From: a virus
Lineage: Duplodnaviria > Caudoviricetes
Strand: one strand, 5' to 3'
IMG/VR virus record: IMGVR_UViG_3300037863_000030
Coordinates: 1-31,524 of that record
Length of the DNA stretch: 31,524 bases
A program made the position numbers and the translations under genes. Under the pieces are notes generated by a model, which did no database searches, was not told where the DNA came from, and saw only the letters and a list, made by a program, of their open reading frames with translations. The stretch's first letter is position 1. Every line of letters starts with the position of its first letter. Of the stretch, positions 8,031 to 17,642 are shown piece after piece.

Positions 8031-11000
8031 TATACGACCTGTCTCCTAATTCTTTGTCCCTCAAGTTGCTTAATCTTTTTAATAACGGTATTGGCTACAT
8101 CATCTGCATCCATGTCGCTTCCATTAACGCTAAGGCTTAGGTTATAATTATACACGTCATTGCCTGTTGGTGTACCGTTATTTATATTATTAAGATTTTG
8201 TACCCCGAAATTTTCAACTCCAGTTCTGCTAATAATAAACTCTCCTGGACTAAGCATTGCTGGTATTTTATCTGAACCACGAGCCATGCCTCCGATAGCC
8301 AAATATTTAGGTTTAACCATTCCACCACTAGCCAAATATTTAGGTTTAACCATTCCACCACTAGCCAAAAAACTAAATGCTGAGTATCCTGTACCTGTTC
8401 TTTTATCAAGATTAGAAACTGCTGGATTACTTCCTGTTGCTGCAGCAGTTGGCAAAGTAATTTTTGTTCCAGAGAATATTGTTTCTCCATTATTATACTT
8501 AGAATCTGTTGTAAGTTTAGGGTTTACAGCAAGAATTGCAGATACTGTTGTTCCATTGGCTTTGGCAATGCTAGATAAAGTATCTCCAGATTTTACAACT
8601 ACTGGAGGCTTTGTGGGTGGTGCGGCTGGCTTTGGTGTAGGTGCTGCTCCTGCAGATGCATCTGATGGCTTTGGTGTAGGTGCTGTAGGTTCTGATGTAG
8701 GTTCTGGTGTAGGACTAATATCATTTTGAATTGCTGATACAGATCCTGGAACAGCCTTTGTATAAGAATTAATCTTACCAATAATGGTATCCCACTCTGC
8801 AGCAATTGCTTGTGATGATGCAAGTAACCCTCCAAGGGCTGTATCAAAATTTTTAGATGCTAAATCACTTGCTGCAATCTTTACTCTTACGCCTTCCCAT
8901 GCAGTAGCATTTTGTCCAAGAACTGTAATCTCTCCAACTAGTTTATCAATTCTTGCCTGTGCAAGAGTGTTCTCATCTCCAAGTTTTGCAAGCCTATCTT
9001 GAATTGGCTTGATACTTGTAATGTTTAGTTTATATAGTTCATCTTCTTTTACTGTAATCTTAGCAATTTCAGCAGTACGTAATTGCTCAAGTGCATAAAT
9101 CTTATCTTGTTCTGCAAGAATATCTTTTTGCATTTTTAAACGAAGTGGATTATTTTCAAGATTATAGATCTTTTGAGAAATAGCGTATTGCTCTTCTTCA
9201 ATCTGTGTTTTACTTAATCCAGTAACAGCACCGCGTTGTCTTCCAAGTTCAGCGTTTCTTGCTTCCCCAAGCATATCTTGAGTAGACTTAGCAGAACTTG
9301 CTGCTTTGGCTGCTCTCATTTCTTGAATTGCAGATGCTGCTGCAGAAATATCTCCAGAGGTTAGTGCGTCTGCTAAACCAATTTGCTTCTTCTGTTGATC
9401 AAGAATCTCATCATTAACTTGAGCAACCTTATCAAGGGCTGCTGCTTGCTCATCATATCTTTTGTTAATTTCTTCTGCAGCCTTATTCATTACATCTAGA
9501 TCATGAGAAAGAATACCTGTTCTATCTTGTAGATTTTGAATAGGTCTATTAAACTGCATCTCAATACTTCTGTCTAGAGTATCGATAGTTTTTTGATACC
9601 CTTCAATTTTACGACTAAAGTTAATTTCAACATTTCTTTGCATTGTTTCAATTGAATCAGATATAGATCTGACCTGAGCCTCATATGGAATTAATTGATC
9701 TTGAAGACTTTTCATTGTTGATTCATTGCCTCTTACGAGTTGAACATCTGTAGAACTTCTAGAGTCTATTCCAGTTCTAATTAACTGTTCTTGTACTGCA
9801 AACATCTCATCAACAATTTCAAGACCTGGTGCTGCTGCTGCAGCAAAGTCTTTTTTATTAAAGTTAGTTTTAATCTCAATAAGTTTTGTGGTTTCAATTG
9901 AATTTAAGTATTCAGCAATATTTTTTGCATCAAGTTTGCCATCAGCAAGATCTTTAATCATTGCTTTCATTAATGCTGGATTATCAAATACTGCAGCCAT
10001 TTGATCTGCACTTAAACCAATGCCCTTCATTTGCTTTGCAAGATCTGGCATTTGTTGAACTAGTTTAAAGTCTTCTGCTTTTCCAATTAAATCATTAATA
10101 AGGGCTTGTTGTTCAAGAGCATCGTTAGCAGCCTTAATATCTTTTACAAATTCGTTCATTTCTTTTGAACCTTTTTTACCAACTGTCCCAGCGGCAATAG
10201 CAGCAGCAACTGCTTGATCTTCTACAACTTTTAACGCTTCTGCTGCTGACATGCCAGATGACACAAGCATATTAAACGCTTTACTTTGAGCAGCAATCCC
10301 CTTTACTGTTTCTACCTGTATTAGTTGAAACTCTCCAAGTTGTGCTTCACGATAAGTCTGCATTACAGCCTTACCTTCTTTAGTTAAACCAGTTATATTG
10401 GCTTTTGTTTTTGGAAGGGATTTGCCATTCTTATCTTTGGCATAATCAAACATATTCTTGCCTTTAGGAAGTTTAGCAAAATCAGTAAAATCTTCTGCAG
10501 ACATTCCCATAATCATGTCTCTAAATTCTTTTGGAACATTTAACTTAAGCATACGTTGTTGCAAACCATCAAAAATAGTAAACATCTTAGACGCATCTTT
10601 TTGTGCAGCCTTGCTTGTAAATGCAGCCATCATAGACTTGAGTGGCTTAGTTGCATCAAATGCTCCATCACGAACATTCTTAATTCTCATCGCAAGGGAA
10701 TCAAGGAAATCTAAAGGATCTTTTTTATCTCCTCCAGTTTTATCACCACCTGGAACTTTTGCTTCTTTTGATGTTATTAATGGGTCTACCCCATACTTTG
10801 CAACAACACCCTTTTGTGCATAGTCCACTGCAGTTTTATAATCATTAATTGTAATTGGTTTTCCGTCTGGTCCGACTGTAAGTGCTTTTAATACTATTGC
10901 ATATTCTTTTGTATATGCAGTTGAACCAACATTACCTTTAAGTGCTGCTGCCATTTCTGCTTGTGCTGTAACCCAAATCATTCTTTCTTTTTCATCTTTA

Positions 11001-14000
11001 AAGTTAGTCATTGTTGTAAACAAAGTTGTGTAAGTTTGTAGCGCTTCCTTTTGTACTTCTGGTTTCATTGCAGCATAGTAATCCCAATTATCAATTACGG
11101 CTTGCATATCAACATTATTTTCTTTGCCAAATTGAATTATAACATCTTTGGTTATTGGACTTTTTAATTTTTCTAATGCATCAATTTTGACAGATAAGGC
11201 CATAAGTCCAGGAAGCCCAACTGTATTTATAAAAGCAGTCATGTCAATCTCAAGACCATCAGAGGCTTGTAGTATTGTTAACGTATTTCCAACCCTATCA
11301 AATTCTTGTGGATTTTTTCTTGACATCTGCAAAATAATTTGCTGTGCTTCTTTCTTATCAATACCTGTAAGCATTGATGCAAGAGCAGCCATCTTTGCTC
11401 CACCATGAGTTCTTAAACCAATATTAATTGCTGTATCCATTTGTTTTAAATTGCCTTGAAATATTTTCATCATTGTTTCAATTTGCTCTGGTTGCATTTG
11501 ACCTGACTGCATTAAGAAGTTAATCTTGGCTTCAAAAGTTCTTCCTTCTGGCTTATTAGCAAAAGACTTATCTTCGTCTGCTCTTGCTCCAAGATTTAAA
11601 ACTCTTTGTGCTGCTGCTTCTGATGCTGTTCCCTTAAACTTTGCCTTAACATCTGACTTCTGTGCATCAAAAAATGCACTTTCTCTTCTTCTACTGTCAT
11701 CAAGGAATGAAGAGTCGAAAAAATTTTCTTCTGTACCAACAGTTTTCTTTTCAATTAATATTTTTGCATTTTTTTCTTGCATAGCCAACTGTGCAGCAAC
11801 AAGATTATTCATTCTTGCCATTCCTGCTTCTTGTTTTTTTAACAGTCCAGCAATCTGTAAATCTAATTCAACTTGTCCTACCTTGCTTGTTGTAATATCT
11901 CTTTGGGCTTGAAGAACTTGAAGTTCTTTTTGATAATAAACAGCCATTGCATCGGCTTGTGCTTGTGCAGTTTCAATTGCACTTGATCCTGCAACTGCCA
12001 TTGCTGCAGTTTTATCTGAGCCAGAGCCAGCACCAATTAGTCCTAAACTTGCAAACATAGATAGTCTGCTGTTTCCTCCAACCTCAGACCTATCAGATGA
12101 ACCCAGTTGATTCATTAAATCTTGAGATCTTTGTCCTGCTGCTTGGGCAATTCTGACTCTTACGTTTAAGGGTTCTCTAGTTAAATCTTCACCCTTTGGA
12201 CCAATTAATTTTCTAAGTTCTGCTTCAATTCTCACTGCAGATACTGAATCTTTTATGTTAACACCCATTTGGAATGCAATTTCAGAACCAAGATAACCTG
12301 GAATAGTTCCATCTGAAACTGCTGCTGCTAACTGTAGTGCAAATTGTTCTGATGCTACTTGAGTTCCATTCTTTACAGCATTAGATGTAAATGAATCTTG
12401 TAATGCTTTACCTGCTTCCCCTTCAAGGAATTGCGTTGCCTCTTTTGTTGACTTGCGACCTACCTCATTATATTGGTTAAGAGTACCCTCGCCACGTCTT
12501 TTAGACATAATTTCAGATGCGCCTACTTTGCCAGTTTGCTCACCAATCTTTTTAAGCATGTCTGTTGATATAGTTGTAGTTCTTGTAAATGCTGCAATTG
12601 CTACAGCAGTTCCTTGTAATCTTTTATTAAGTATATATGCTCCAGCAGCAAGTGCTGCTAATGCAAGTACAACTTTCTCTGTTGTAGACATAGTAAGAAG
12701 TTGTGGAGCAAGTGAAGCCAGCATTGATGCTGCACCAAGCCCTGCTGTAACTTGTGGTGGTGCTCCTGCCATACCAGCAACCATAGTTGCGGTTCCAAGA
12801 CCTCCAGCAAATTTTCCAGAAACTTTGCCAACTTTTTCTCTTCTCATTCCACTTTTATATTTTGTATGAACCTTTTTAGTCATAGGGGCACCTGTTGAGG
12901 GGTCCATAATAATCTGACCATTTTCATCTACTGCAAATGTTGATGCTTCTTTAAGGGCTGATTTTCTATCTACTAGTGTTGAAACTTGAGTTGTATCTGG
13001 TGTTGGAACATTTCTTCTTACTTCACTTATTGGTGTACCACCTTGAGTTTTTTGAATTCCATACTCTTCCCCTGGGGTAATTGGTCCAGTTGTCTTTGCA
13101 CCACGAGAGGCCTTCTTTGCAGCAAGGTTAGCACTTTGTGTTGCAGAGGTTCCAAGTTTTCCACCTGCTGCTGCAACATCATCTTCTTTAGATTTCATTC
13201 CAATTACAAGTCCATCACCAATTTCTTCACCAGTTTTAATTGTTTTCTTTGATGGTGAAGAAGTTCCTGCTCCAGTAGAAGTGCCCAGAGTTGCTTGAGT
13301 TCCTGCTTTGTATCCGCCATTATAGGCTTTCTTAGCATTCTCTTCAAATACTCCAACGCCCGTGGACCTATTGATTGGACCAACCTGTCCTGATGCACCA
13401 CTGCCAGACTTACGTCCAGAAAATACTGTTTTATCTAGACCTGGGTCTGCTGCTGTAAGAGCATTACGTGCTTGTTTATTAACATTAACTCTAACTTCGG
13501 TTATAATACCAGCAGCAGTATCTAAGACTTCTTTTAAACCGCCAGAAATTTTTGACAGTCCTGATCTTACAGTAGACTCAATTACCTCAAAGTCAGAGTC
13601 CTTAATATTCTTCCCTGGATTGTTAGTTTTAAATAGTTGCACCTGTTTAAGTATTGCTGCATCGTATGCCTCAACTTCAGATATAAGTTTATCAAAATTA
13701 CCTCCACCAATACCAACAGACTTTCTAAATTTTTCTGCACCACGTCCTGCAAACTCAGAAATAAATTCATCAGTGTTGGCACCTTTTTGATCTGGTTTCA
13801 TTGATGTATTTAGTCTTTGCGATAAGTCATATCCAAGACCACTCTTTGGTCCAACTGTTGGCATTGCAATTCCAGCCTTTTTTGCTGCTGCAACAAGTTG
13901 TGTTAATTCTGCAATAGTTTTTTCATTTTTAATTTGTCCTGATTGAAGCAGAGTTAAAGCATCTACATTTTTAGTCTCTGTTGCATGAGCAAATGTTGTT

Positions 14001-16534
14001 GAATAATTTTGATCTTTTTGGGGAGCATAGGATCCAACAAAACTTCTACCTGCTGCAGGATCGTATTTTCCAATAGCACCTTGAAGTTTTTGTTTGCTTA
14101 GTTTTGTTCCTGCAGCCTTTGCATCTGCTGCAAGACCATCTACTAATTGTTTAAATTCTGTTGTAAGATTTTCTCTAACTTTCTCAAGTCCTTTTGATGT
14201 ATCTACGCCAACACGGTCTGCATATCTTGTTAATTCTGCTGCACTTAAATTAGCAATTCTATCAAGTTCTTTTTGTAGTTGAACTCCAAAACTTGCTGTT
14301 GAAGACGCTCTTCCAGCAACCTGACTTACATATCCACCCTCTGCAAAACCTTGTACTGATCCAGACATTAAGGCCGCTACTAGTTCTGGATTTGACTTTA
14401 CAGTATCTTTTGTTAATACTACTTCTCCAGGTGTAAGCATTGCTGGGACTGTATCTCCGCTACCGCTTCCTGGAACCAATCCTCCTGCTGCCAACTTAAG
14501 ACCAGAAACAGCACCTTTTGCTCCAGGAGCAGCATTAAATAATCCTGGTGAACTTGCTGCTAAGGCTTGTGCTTGTGTTGATGCTGCTCTGTATGCATTA
14601 CCAAGAGCATTTGCTGCACCTGCTTCAATAGCAAAAGTTTCAATAAGGGCTTTGTGTGATGTATGTAATGAGTTAGAAATTGCAAGGTTTTCAGTTTCAG
14701 CGTTTGTAAGATAATCAAAACCTCCGCCAAGAACTTGATTTTGTCCATTTAGTTTTGCAACTCCAGCACGAAGCATAGCAAAAAATTTAATTAAGTTGGC
14801 AACTCCATTAGCAACAAGGCCAACAGTCATAAGCAATACTGGACCTAAGCCAGCAACAACTCCAACTATCACTGTTATAATTTTTCTAGTTCCATCGCTT
14901 AAGTTATTAAATCTATCTAGTATTTTACTTGCAAATTCTACAATTGGTGTTGCTGCTTCAAGGAATGCTTTTCCAAGTGGCATTAATTGAAGTTTTACAT
15001 TCTCAAGACTTTTCTGAAATTTAACTCCTACTGCATCCTCTACCTTGCCTAATTCTCGTTCAGATAAGATTGCAAGTTCTTCTACTGATGAACCTGCTAG
15101 CCCAAGCGTACGGCTTGCTTGTGAACCATCTTTTGTAACATTTTTAAACAATGTTGATAGACGAGCAAATTGAAACTTTCCAAACATTTGCTCAATTGCT
15201 CTAGCACGATTAAGAGGATCAAGTGTGTCTAGTGCTCTTGCAAAACCAACAACTGTTCCTTTAAGATCTCCTGCATTTGCTTCAACAATTCCCTTAATAT
15301 TAACACCAAACTCTGCAAGCATTTTGGATGCTTTCTCTGATGGGTTAATCATAGATGCAAGACCAGACTTTAGTGCGTTAGCACCCTCTGATGCATTAAT
15401 GCCACCCTCTTTCATAGCAGTCATAAAGAATGCTAGATCTTCTACAGATCCACCAAGTTGCTGAATTACTGGACCAGCCTTTGGAATGGCTGTAGTTAAA
15501 TCTTCAATAGAAAGAACTGTTTGGTTCTCTACTGCGTTAAGAAAGTTAATTTTTTGTGCTAAGTCTTCAGAAGAAATACCAAATGCATTTTGTAAAGAAA
15601 TTGTAGTTTCAAGTGCTTGCTGTTGTTCTACTTGACCAAGGACTGCTAACTTGGTAGCAGCAATTACCTGTGCAGTAAGTGCATTTCCAGTAAGACCCAT
15701 AGCAGCAGCCATTCCAGCCATCTCCATGGTTTTTGTTGCTGATATACCATACTTAGTAAACTCTTTTCCTAGTAACTGAATATTTGCAACTGCTTTATTT
15801 GTTGCATCGCTACTGGTAGTAATGTCTCCGTATACTCTTGTAAATTTAACTACCGCTTCTTCCATCTCTCTAAATGTTTTAGAAGCAATACCGCCAAGAA
15901 TAGTAAGTGGAATAGTCAAGCCAACCATTAACTGACGACCTGCCCACTGAGTATTTTTACCAAAGTTTAAAAGATTAGTAGATCCTTGTTTTAATAATTG
16001 ATTAAGGAACTGCTGTCTTTGTGCAGCCATTTGCATTCTAGTCCCATAGGCTGTAAACTGATTTCCAGCCATGTCTAAGGATTTTGGTACAACCTTAAGT
16101 GTTTTTACAAAACCATCTTGTGCTTGTGTAAGTTGAAGATATTGTGTTTGCAACATCTTAACTCTATCTCGCATTGCTCTACCAAGAATTTGTTTTTCTT
16201 GGGCAAACATATTTTTAAAGGCACCTGAATTTTGAGTAGCAGCAGCAGCAGTATATCTAACATACTGCTTCATACTTAACTTATTTTTTTCAAGCGCAGA
16301 TGTAAATGATGATGTGCTTGATGCCACAGTTTCTTGGCTTGAGATAAACTTACCAGTCGCATTAATGGACTGCATAAGGTTAGCAGTTAAAGATTTTTGT
16401 GCCTGAGCGGCAGAGGCATTACCAACAGTTAAAGATTGGTTGAACTTGCTTAGGCCTGCTTGGAGCCGACGTAAACTAGCCAGTGCATCTGAAGTATTCA
16501 GATTTACATGAATATTGGCATTTACGTCTTCCAA
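8030..16534 (-). CDS. Tape measure protein with Pro-rich linker and C-terminal LysM domain
   Basis: 2834 aa, TTG start after AAGGA, Ala/Gly/Lys-rich and helical. TP901-type core (AMKEGGINASEGANALKSGL...AIEQMFGK), hydrophobic segments, and LysM-like VVVKSGDTLSSIAKANGTTVSAILAVNP...IFSGTKITLP. Follows the chaperone genes. Confidence 0.92.
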   Translation of the reverse strand: MEDVNANIHVNLNTSDALASLRRLQAGLSKFNQSLTVGNASAAQAQKSLTANLMQSINATGKFISSQETVASSTSSFTSALEKNKLSMKQYVRYTAAAATQNSGAFKNMFAQEKQILGRAMRDRVKMLQTQYLQLTQAQDGFVKTLKVVPKSLDMAGNQFTAYGTRMQMAAQRQQFLNQLLKQGSTNLLNFGKNTQWAGRQLMVGLTIPLTILGGIASKTFREMEEAVVKFTRVYGDITTSSDATNKAVANIQLLGKEFTKYGISATKTMEMAGMAAAMGLTGNALTAQVIAATKLAVLGQVEQQQALETTISLQNAFGISSEDLAQKINFLNAVENQTVLSIEDLTTAIPKAGPVIQQLGGSVEDLAFFMTAMKEGGINASEGANALKSGLASMINPSEKASKMLAEFGVNIKGIVEANAGDLKGTVVGFARALDTLDPLNRARAIEQMFGKFQFARLSTLFKNVTKDGSQASRTLGLAGSSVEELAILSERELGKVEDAVGVKFQKSLENVKLQLMPLGKAFLEAATPIVEFASKILDRFNNLSDGTRKIITVIVGVVAGLGPVLLMTVGLVANGVANLIKFFAMLRAGVAKLNGQNQVLGGGFDYLTNAETENLAISNSLHTSHKALIETFAIEAGAANALGNAYRAASTQAQALAASSPGLFNAAPGAKGAVSGLKLAAGGLVPGSGSGDTVPAMLTPGEVVLTKDTVKSNPELVAALMSGSVQGFAEGGYVSQVAGRASSTASFGVQLQKELDRIANLSAAELTRYADRVGVDTSKGLEKVRENLTTEFKQLVDGLAADAKAAGTKLSKQKLQGAIGKYDPAAGRSFVGSYAPQKDQNYSTTFAHATETKNVDALTLLQSGQIKNEKTIAELTQLVAAAKKAGIAMPTVGPKSGLGYDLSQRLNTSMKPDQKGANTDEFISEFAGRGAEKFRKSVGIGGGNFDKLISEVEAYDAAILKQVQLFKTNNPGKNIKDSDFEVIESTVRSGLSKISGGLKEVLDTAAGIITEVRVNVNKQARNALTAADPGLDKTVFSGRKSGSGASGQVGPINRSTGVGVFEENAKKAYNGGYKAGTQATLGTSTGAGTSSPSKKTIKTGEEIGDGLVIGMKSKEDDVAAAGGKLGTSATQSANLAAKKASRGAKTTGPITPGEEYGIQKTQGGTPISEVRRNVPTPDTTQVSTLVDRKSALKEASTFAVDENGQIIMDPSTGAPMTKKVHTKYKSGMRREKVGKVSGKFAGGLGTATMVAGMAGAPPQVTAGLGAASMLASLAPQLLTMSTTEKVVLALAALAAGAYILNKRLQGTAVAIAAFTRTTTISTDMLKKIGEQTGKVGASEIMSKRRGEGTLNQYNEVGRKSTKEATQFLEGEAGKALQDSFTSNAVKNGTQVASEQFALQLAAAVSDGTIPGYLGSEIAFQMGVNIKDSVSAVRIEAELRKLIGPKGEDLTREPLNVRVRIAQAAGQRSQDLMNQLGSSDRSEVGGNSRLSMFASLGLIGAGSGSDKTAAMAVAGSSAIETAQAQADAMAVYYQKELQVLQAQRDITTSKVGQVELDLQIAGLLKKQEAGMARMNNLVAAQLAMQEKNAKILIEKKTVGTEENFFDSSFLDDSRRRESAFFDAQKSDVKAKFKGTASEAAAQRVLNLGARADEDKSFANKPEGRTFEAKINFLMQSGQMQPEQIETMMKIFQGNLKQMDTAINIGLRTHGGAKMAALASMLTGIDKKEAQQIILQMSRKNPQEFDRVGNTLTILQASDGLEIDMTAFINTVGLPGLMALSVKIDALEKLKSPITKDVIIQFGKENNVDMQAVIDNWDYYAAMKPEVQKEALQTYTTLFTTMTNFKDEKERMIWVTAQAEMAAALKGNVGSTAYTKEYAIVLKALTVGPDGKPITINDYKTAVDYAQKGVVAKYGVDPLITSKEAKVPGGDKTGGDKKDPLDFLDSLAMRIKNVRDGAFDATKPLKSMMAAFTSKAAQKDASKMFTIFDGLQQRMLKLNVPKEFRDMIMGMSAEDFTDFAKLPKGKNMFDYAKDKNGKSLPKTKANITGLTKEGKAVMQTYREAQLGEFQLIQVETVKGIAAQSKAFNMLVSSGMSAAEALKVVEDQAVAAAIAAGTVGKKGSKEMNEFVKDIKAANDALEQQALINDLIGKAEDFKLVQQMPDLAKQMKGIGLSADQMAAVFDNPALMKAMIKDLADGKLDAKNIAEYLNSIETTKLIEIKTNFNKKDFAAAAAPGLEIVDEMFAVQEQLIRTGIDSRSSTDVQLVRGNESTMKSLQDQLIPYEAQVRSISDSIETMQRNVEINFSRKIEGYQKTIDTLDRSIEMQFNRPIQNLQDRTGILSHDLDVMNKAAEEINKRYDEQAAALDKVAQVNDEILDQQKKQIGLADALTSGDISAAASAIQEMRAAKAASSAKSTQDMLGEARNAELGRQRGAVTGLSKTQIEEEQYAISQKIYNLENNPLRLKMQKDILAEQDKIYALEQLRTAEIAKITVKEDELYKLNITSIKPIQDRLAKLGDENTLAQARIDKLVGEITVLGQNATAWEGVRVKIAASDLASKNFDTALGGLLASSQAIAAEWDTIIGKINSYTKAVPGSVSAIQNDISPTPEPTSEPTAPTPKPSDASAGAAPTPKPAAPPTKPPVVVKSGDTLSSIAKANGTTVSAILAVNPKLTTDSKYNNGETIFSGTKITLPTAAATGSNPAVSNLDKRTGTGYSAFSFLASGGMVKPKYLASGGMVKPKYLAIGGMARGSDKIPAMLSPGEFIISRTGVENFGVQNLNNINNGTPTGNDVYNYNLSLSVNGSDMDADDVANTVIKKIKQLEGQRIRRQVV
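8296..8369. repeat. Perfect 33-bp tandem repeat (2 copies plus 8 nt) in the tape measure C-terminus
   Basis: tagccaaatatttaggtttaaccattccaccac at 8296-8328 and 8329-8361, encoding LASGGMVKPKY twice. Confidence 0.95.
8627..8685. repeat. 20-bp direct repeat in the Pro-rich linker
   Basis: tggctttggtgtaggtgctg at 8627-8646 and 8666-8685, encoding APTPKP twice. Confidence 0.85.
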
Positions 16535-16544
16535 CTTTTATCCT

Positions 16545-16868
16545 TTACTTCATATTAGGTAGTAGATCTGCTGCATCACTTAATTGAATACCAGAGGCTG
16601 CGTCAACAATTGCATAAACTGTTGGCAGATCTAGGTTATCTTCGATTGCAGATCTATTTTCTGCAAGTAGCGGTAAAAATTGCTTGAATGCAATTTGAAC
16701 ACAATCTAACAGAACGTCCATTGATTTTTCATTATCCTCTGCCACCTCAGATAGTTCTTGGAACCTCTTCATGAATGGCTTAAGCAAAGAAATCTTTAGC
16801 GGTTTTACTTCAAACTTTGTACCATCCATTAGGGATAGTTCTTTTTTTTCGTGTACGGTTGTAGACAT
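16545..16868 (-). CDS. Tail assembly chaperone, stand-alone G-type copy
   Basis: 107 aa immediately upstream of the tape measure, AGGAGG RBS at 16879-16884, paralogous to the N-terminal ~95 aa of the upstream gene. Confidence 0.75.
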   Translation of the reverse strand: MSTTVHEKKELSLMDGTKFEVKPLKISLLKPFMKRFQELSEVAEDNEKSMDVLLDCVQIAFKQFLPLLAENRSAIEDNLDLPTVYAIVDAASGIQLSDAADLLPNMK

Positions 16869-16901
16869 TATTGTATTTCCTCCTATTAGTTTACATTGTT
16901 A

Positions 16902-16910
16902 ATTATAGCA
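16902..16910 (-). promoter_or_regulatory. Extended -10 promoter TGCTATAAT overlapping the last codons (ATG CTA TAA) of the upstream chaperone
   Basis: Perfect TGnTATAAT, 33 nt upstream of the ATG at 16868. Confidence 0.7.
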
Positions 16911-17619
16911 TAACGCTGGGATCTCTTGCATCTTCATAATCCAAGCCCATGCCAATTCCAAACCCTGCTTTCATAGCATTTGCGCCCTGTAAAGCAAGCA
17001 CATCTTTACTATCAGTTGCCTGACCCTTACTGAAGACTCTTGCCTTCATGTCTTCCCACTCTTGCTGCCCCTTCTTTTCTCCAGAGTTCTTATCTAAATC
17101 TACACCCTGAATGGCTGCAAGAAACTTTTTGTCTTCATACTCTAACTCTCTTTTAATTCCCAAAGTAATAATGAGTTCTGGCATAGAGAGTGATCTTTCT
17201 AGTTCGTCAAAATCTTTCCAAATCCCCAGCAAAAATACTTCTGACTCTAACTTAGCAAGGTCTAAATCTTCCCAGTTAGTTCCTTCTTTTTTAGACGACT
17301 CTGCCTGTTCTTTGACTGGCTCGTCTTTATCTTTATTAATTTTTATGTTTGCAGACATGTCTAAAACATCATAGACTGTTGGCATATCCATACTGTCCTG
17401 TAAATCTTCAAGTGTCTTAATTGATGGATAGAATTGTTTCATGCATATTCTTGCACAATCAGACAACAGGTTCATGGCATCTTCATCAGTTTTAACATCT
17501 TTCATGTCTTCAAACTTAACCATAAATTCACGCAGATATTTAATCTTAAGTGGTGAGAGTTCTATCTCTGTACCATCAATAAGATAAATTACACCCGTTT
17601 TATATATTTCTGTAGCCAT
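16903..17619 (-). CDS. Tail assembly chaperone, in-frame G-T-type fusion
   Basis: 238 aa from ATG 17619 (MATEIY). This start aligns with the paralog's start, whereas the 17643 start lies in the terminator tail. G-like N-domain, charged linker, then a second domain (LAKLESEVFLLGIWKDFDELERSLSMPEL). Lies between tail tube and tape measure. Confidence 0.7.
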   Translation of the reverse strand: MATEIYKTGVIYLIDGTEIELSPLKIKYLREFMVKFEDMKDVKTDEDAMNLLSDCARICMKQFYPSIKTLEDLQDSMDMPTVYDVLDMSANIKINKDKDEPVKEQAESSKKEGTNWEDLDLAKLESEVFLLGIWKDFDELERSLSMPELIITLGIKRELEYEDKKFLAAIQGVDLDKNSGEKKGQQEWEDMKARVFSKGQATDSKDVLALQGANAMKAGFGIGMGLDYEDARDPSVML

Positions 17620-17633
17620 ATGTCCCCAAACCA

Positions 17634-17642
17634 AGTCTACCA
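17634..17642 (-). promoter_or_regulatory. Non-consensus extended -10 promoter TGGTAGACT
   Basis: TGG-TAnnnT directly after the terminator U-tract, 14 nt upstream of ATG 17619. Confidence 0.5.

Noticed and set aside
8028-8036. TATAAT at the tape measure/Dit junction (also at 20089)
   Set aside because: It arises from the TAATG stop-start overlap, has no TG extension, and overlaps the start codon itself.
8296-8369. 33-bp repeat as a CRISPR-like array
   Set aside because: The copies are contiguous with no spacers and are in frame within a CDS.
8160-8729. 189-aa plus-strand ORF and other plus-strand ORFs such as 17620-18123 and 22927-23493
   Set aside because: These are antisense shadows of well-supported minus-strand genes with biased codons and show no recognisable motifs.
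16841-16850. In-frame slippery heptamer A AAA AAA (GAA AAA AAA G) in the 107-aa chaperone
   Set aside because: It lies at codons 7-9, and the -1 frame stops within about 10 codons, so it cannot produce a G-T product.
16891-16896. ATG-TAA start-stop minigene just after the G-gene promoter
   Set aside because: It is only 5 nt from the -10 box, so it may not be fully transcribed, and it is likely by chance in AT-rich DNA.
17286-17293. A6 run (TCT AAA AAA GAA) in the G-T linker of the 238-aa gene
   Set aside because: It is not phased as X XXY YYZ and no stimulatory structure is evident. A shift would only truncate the protein; at most a relic.
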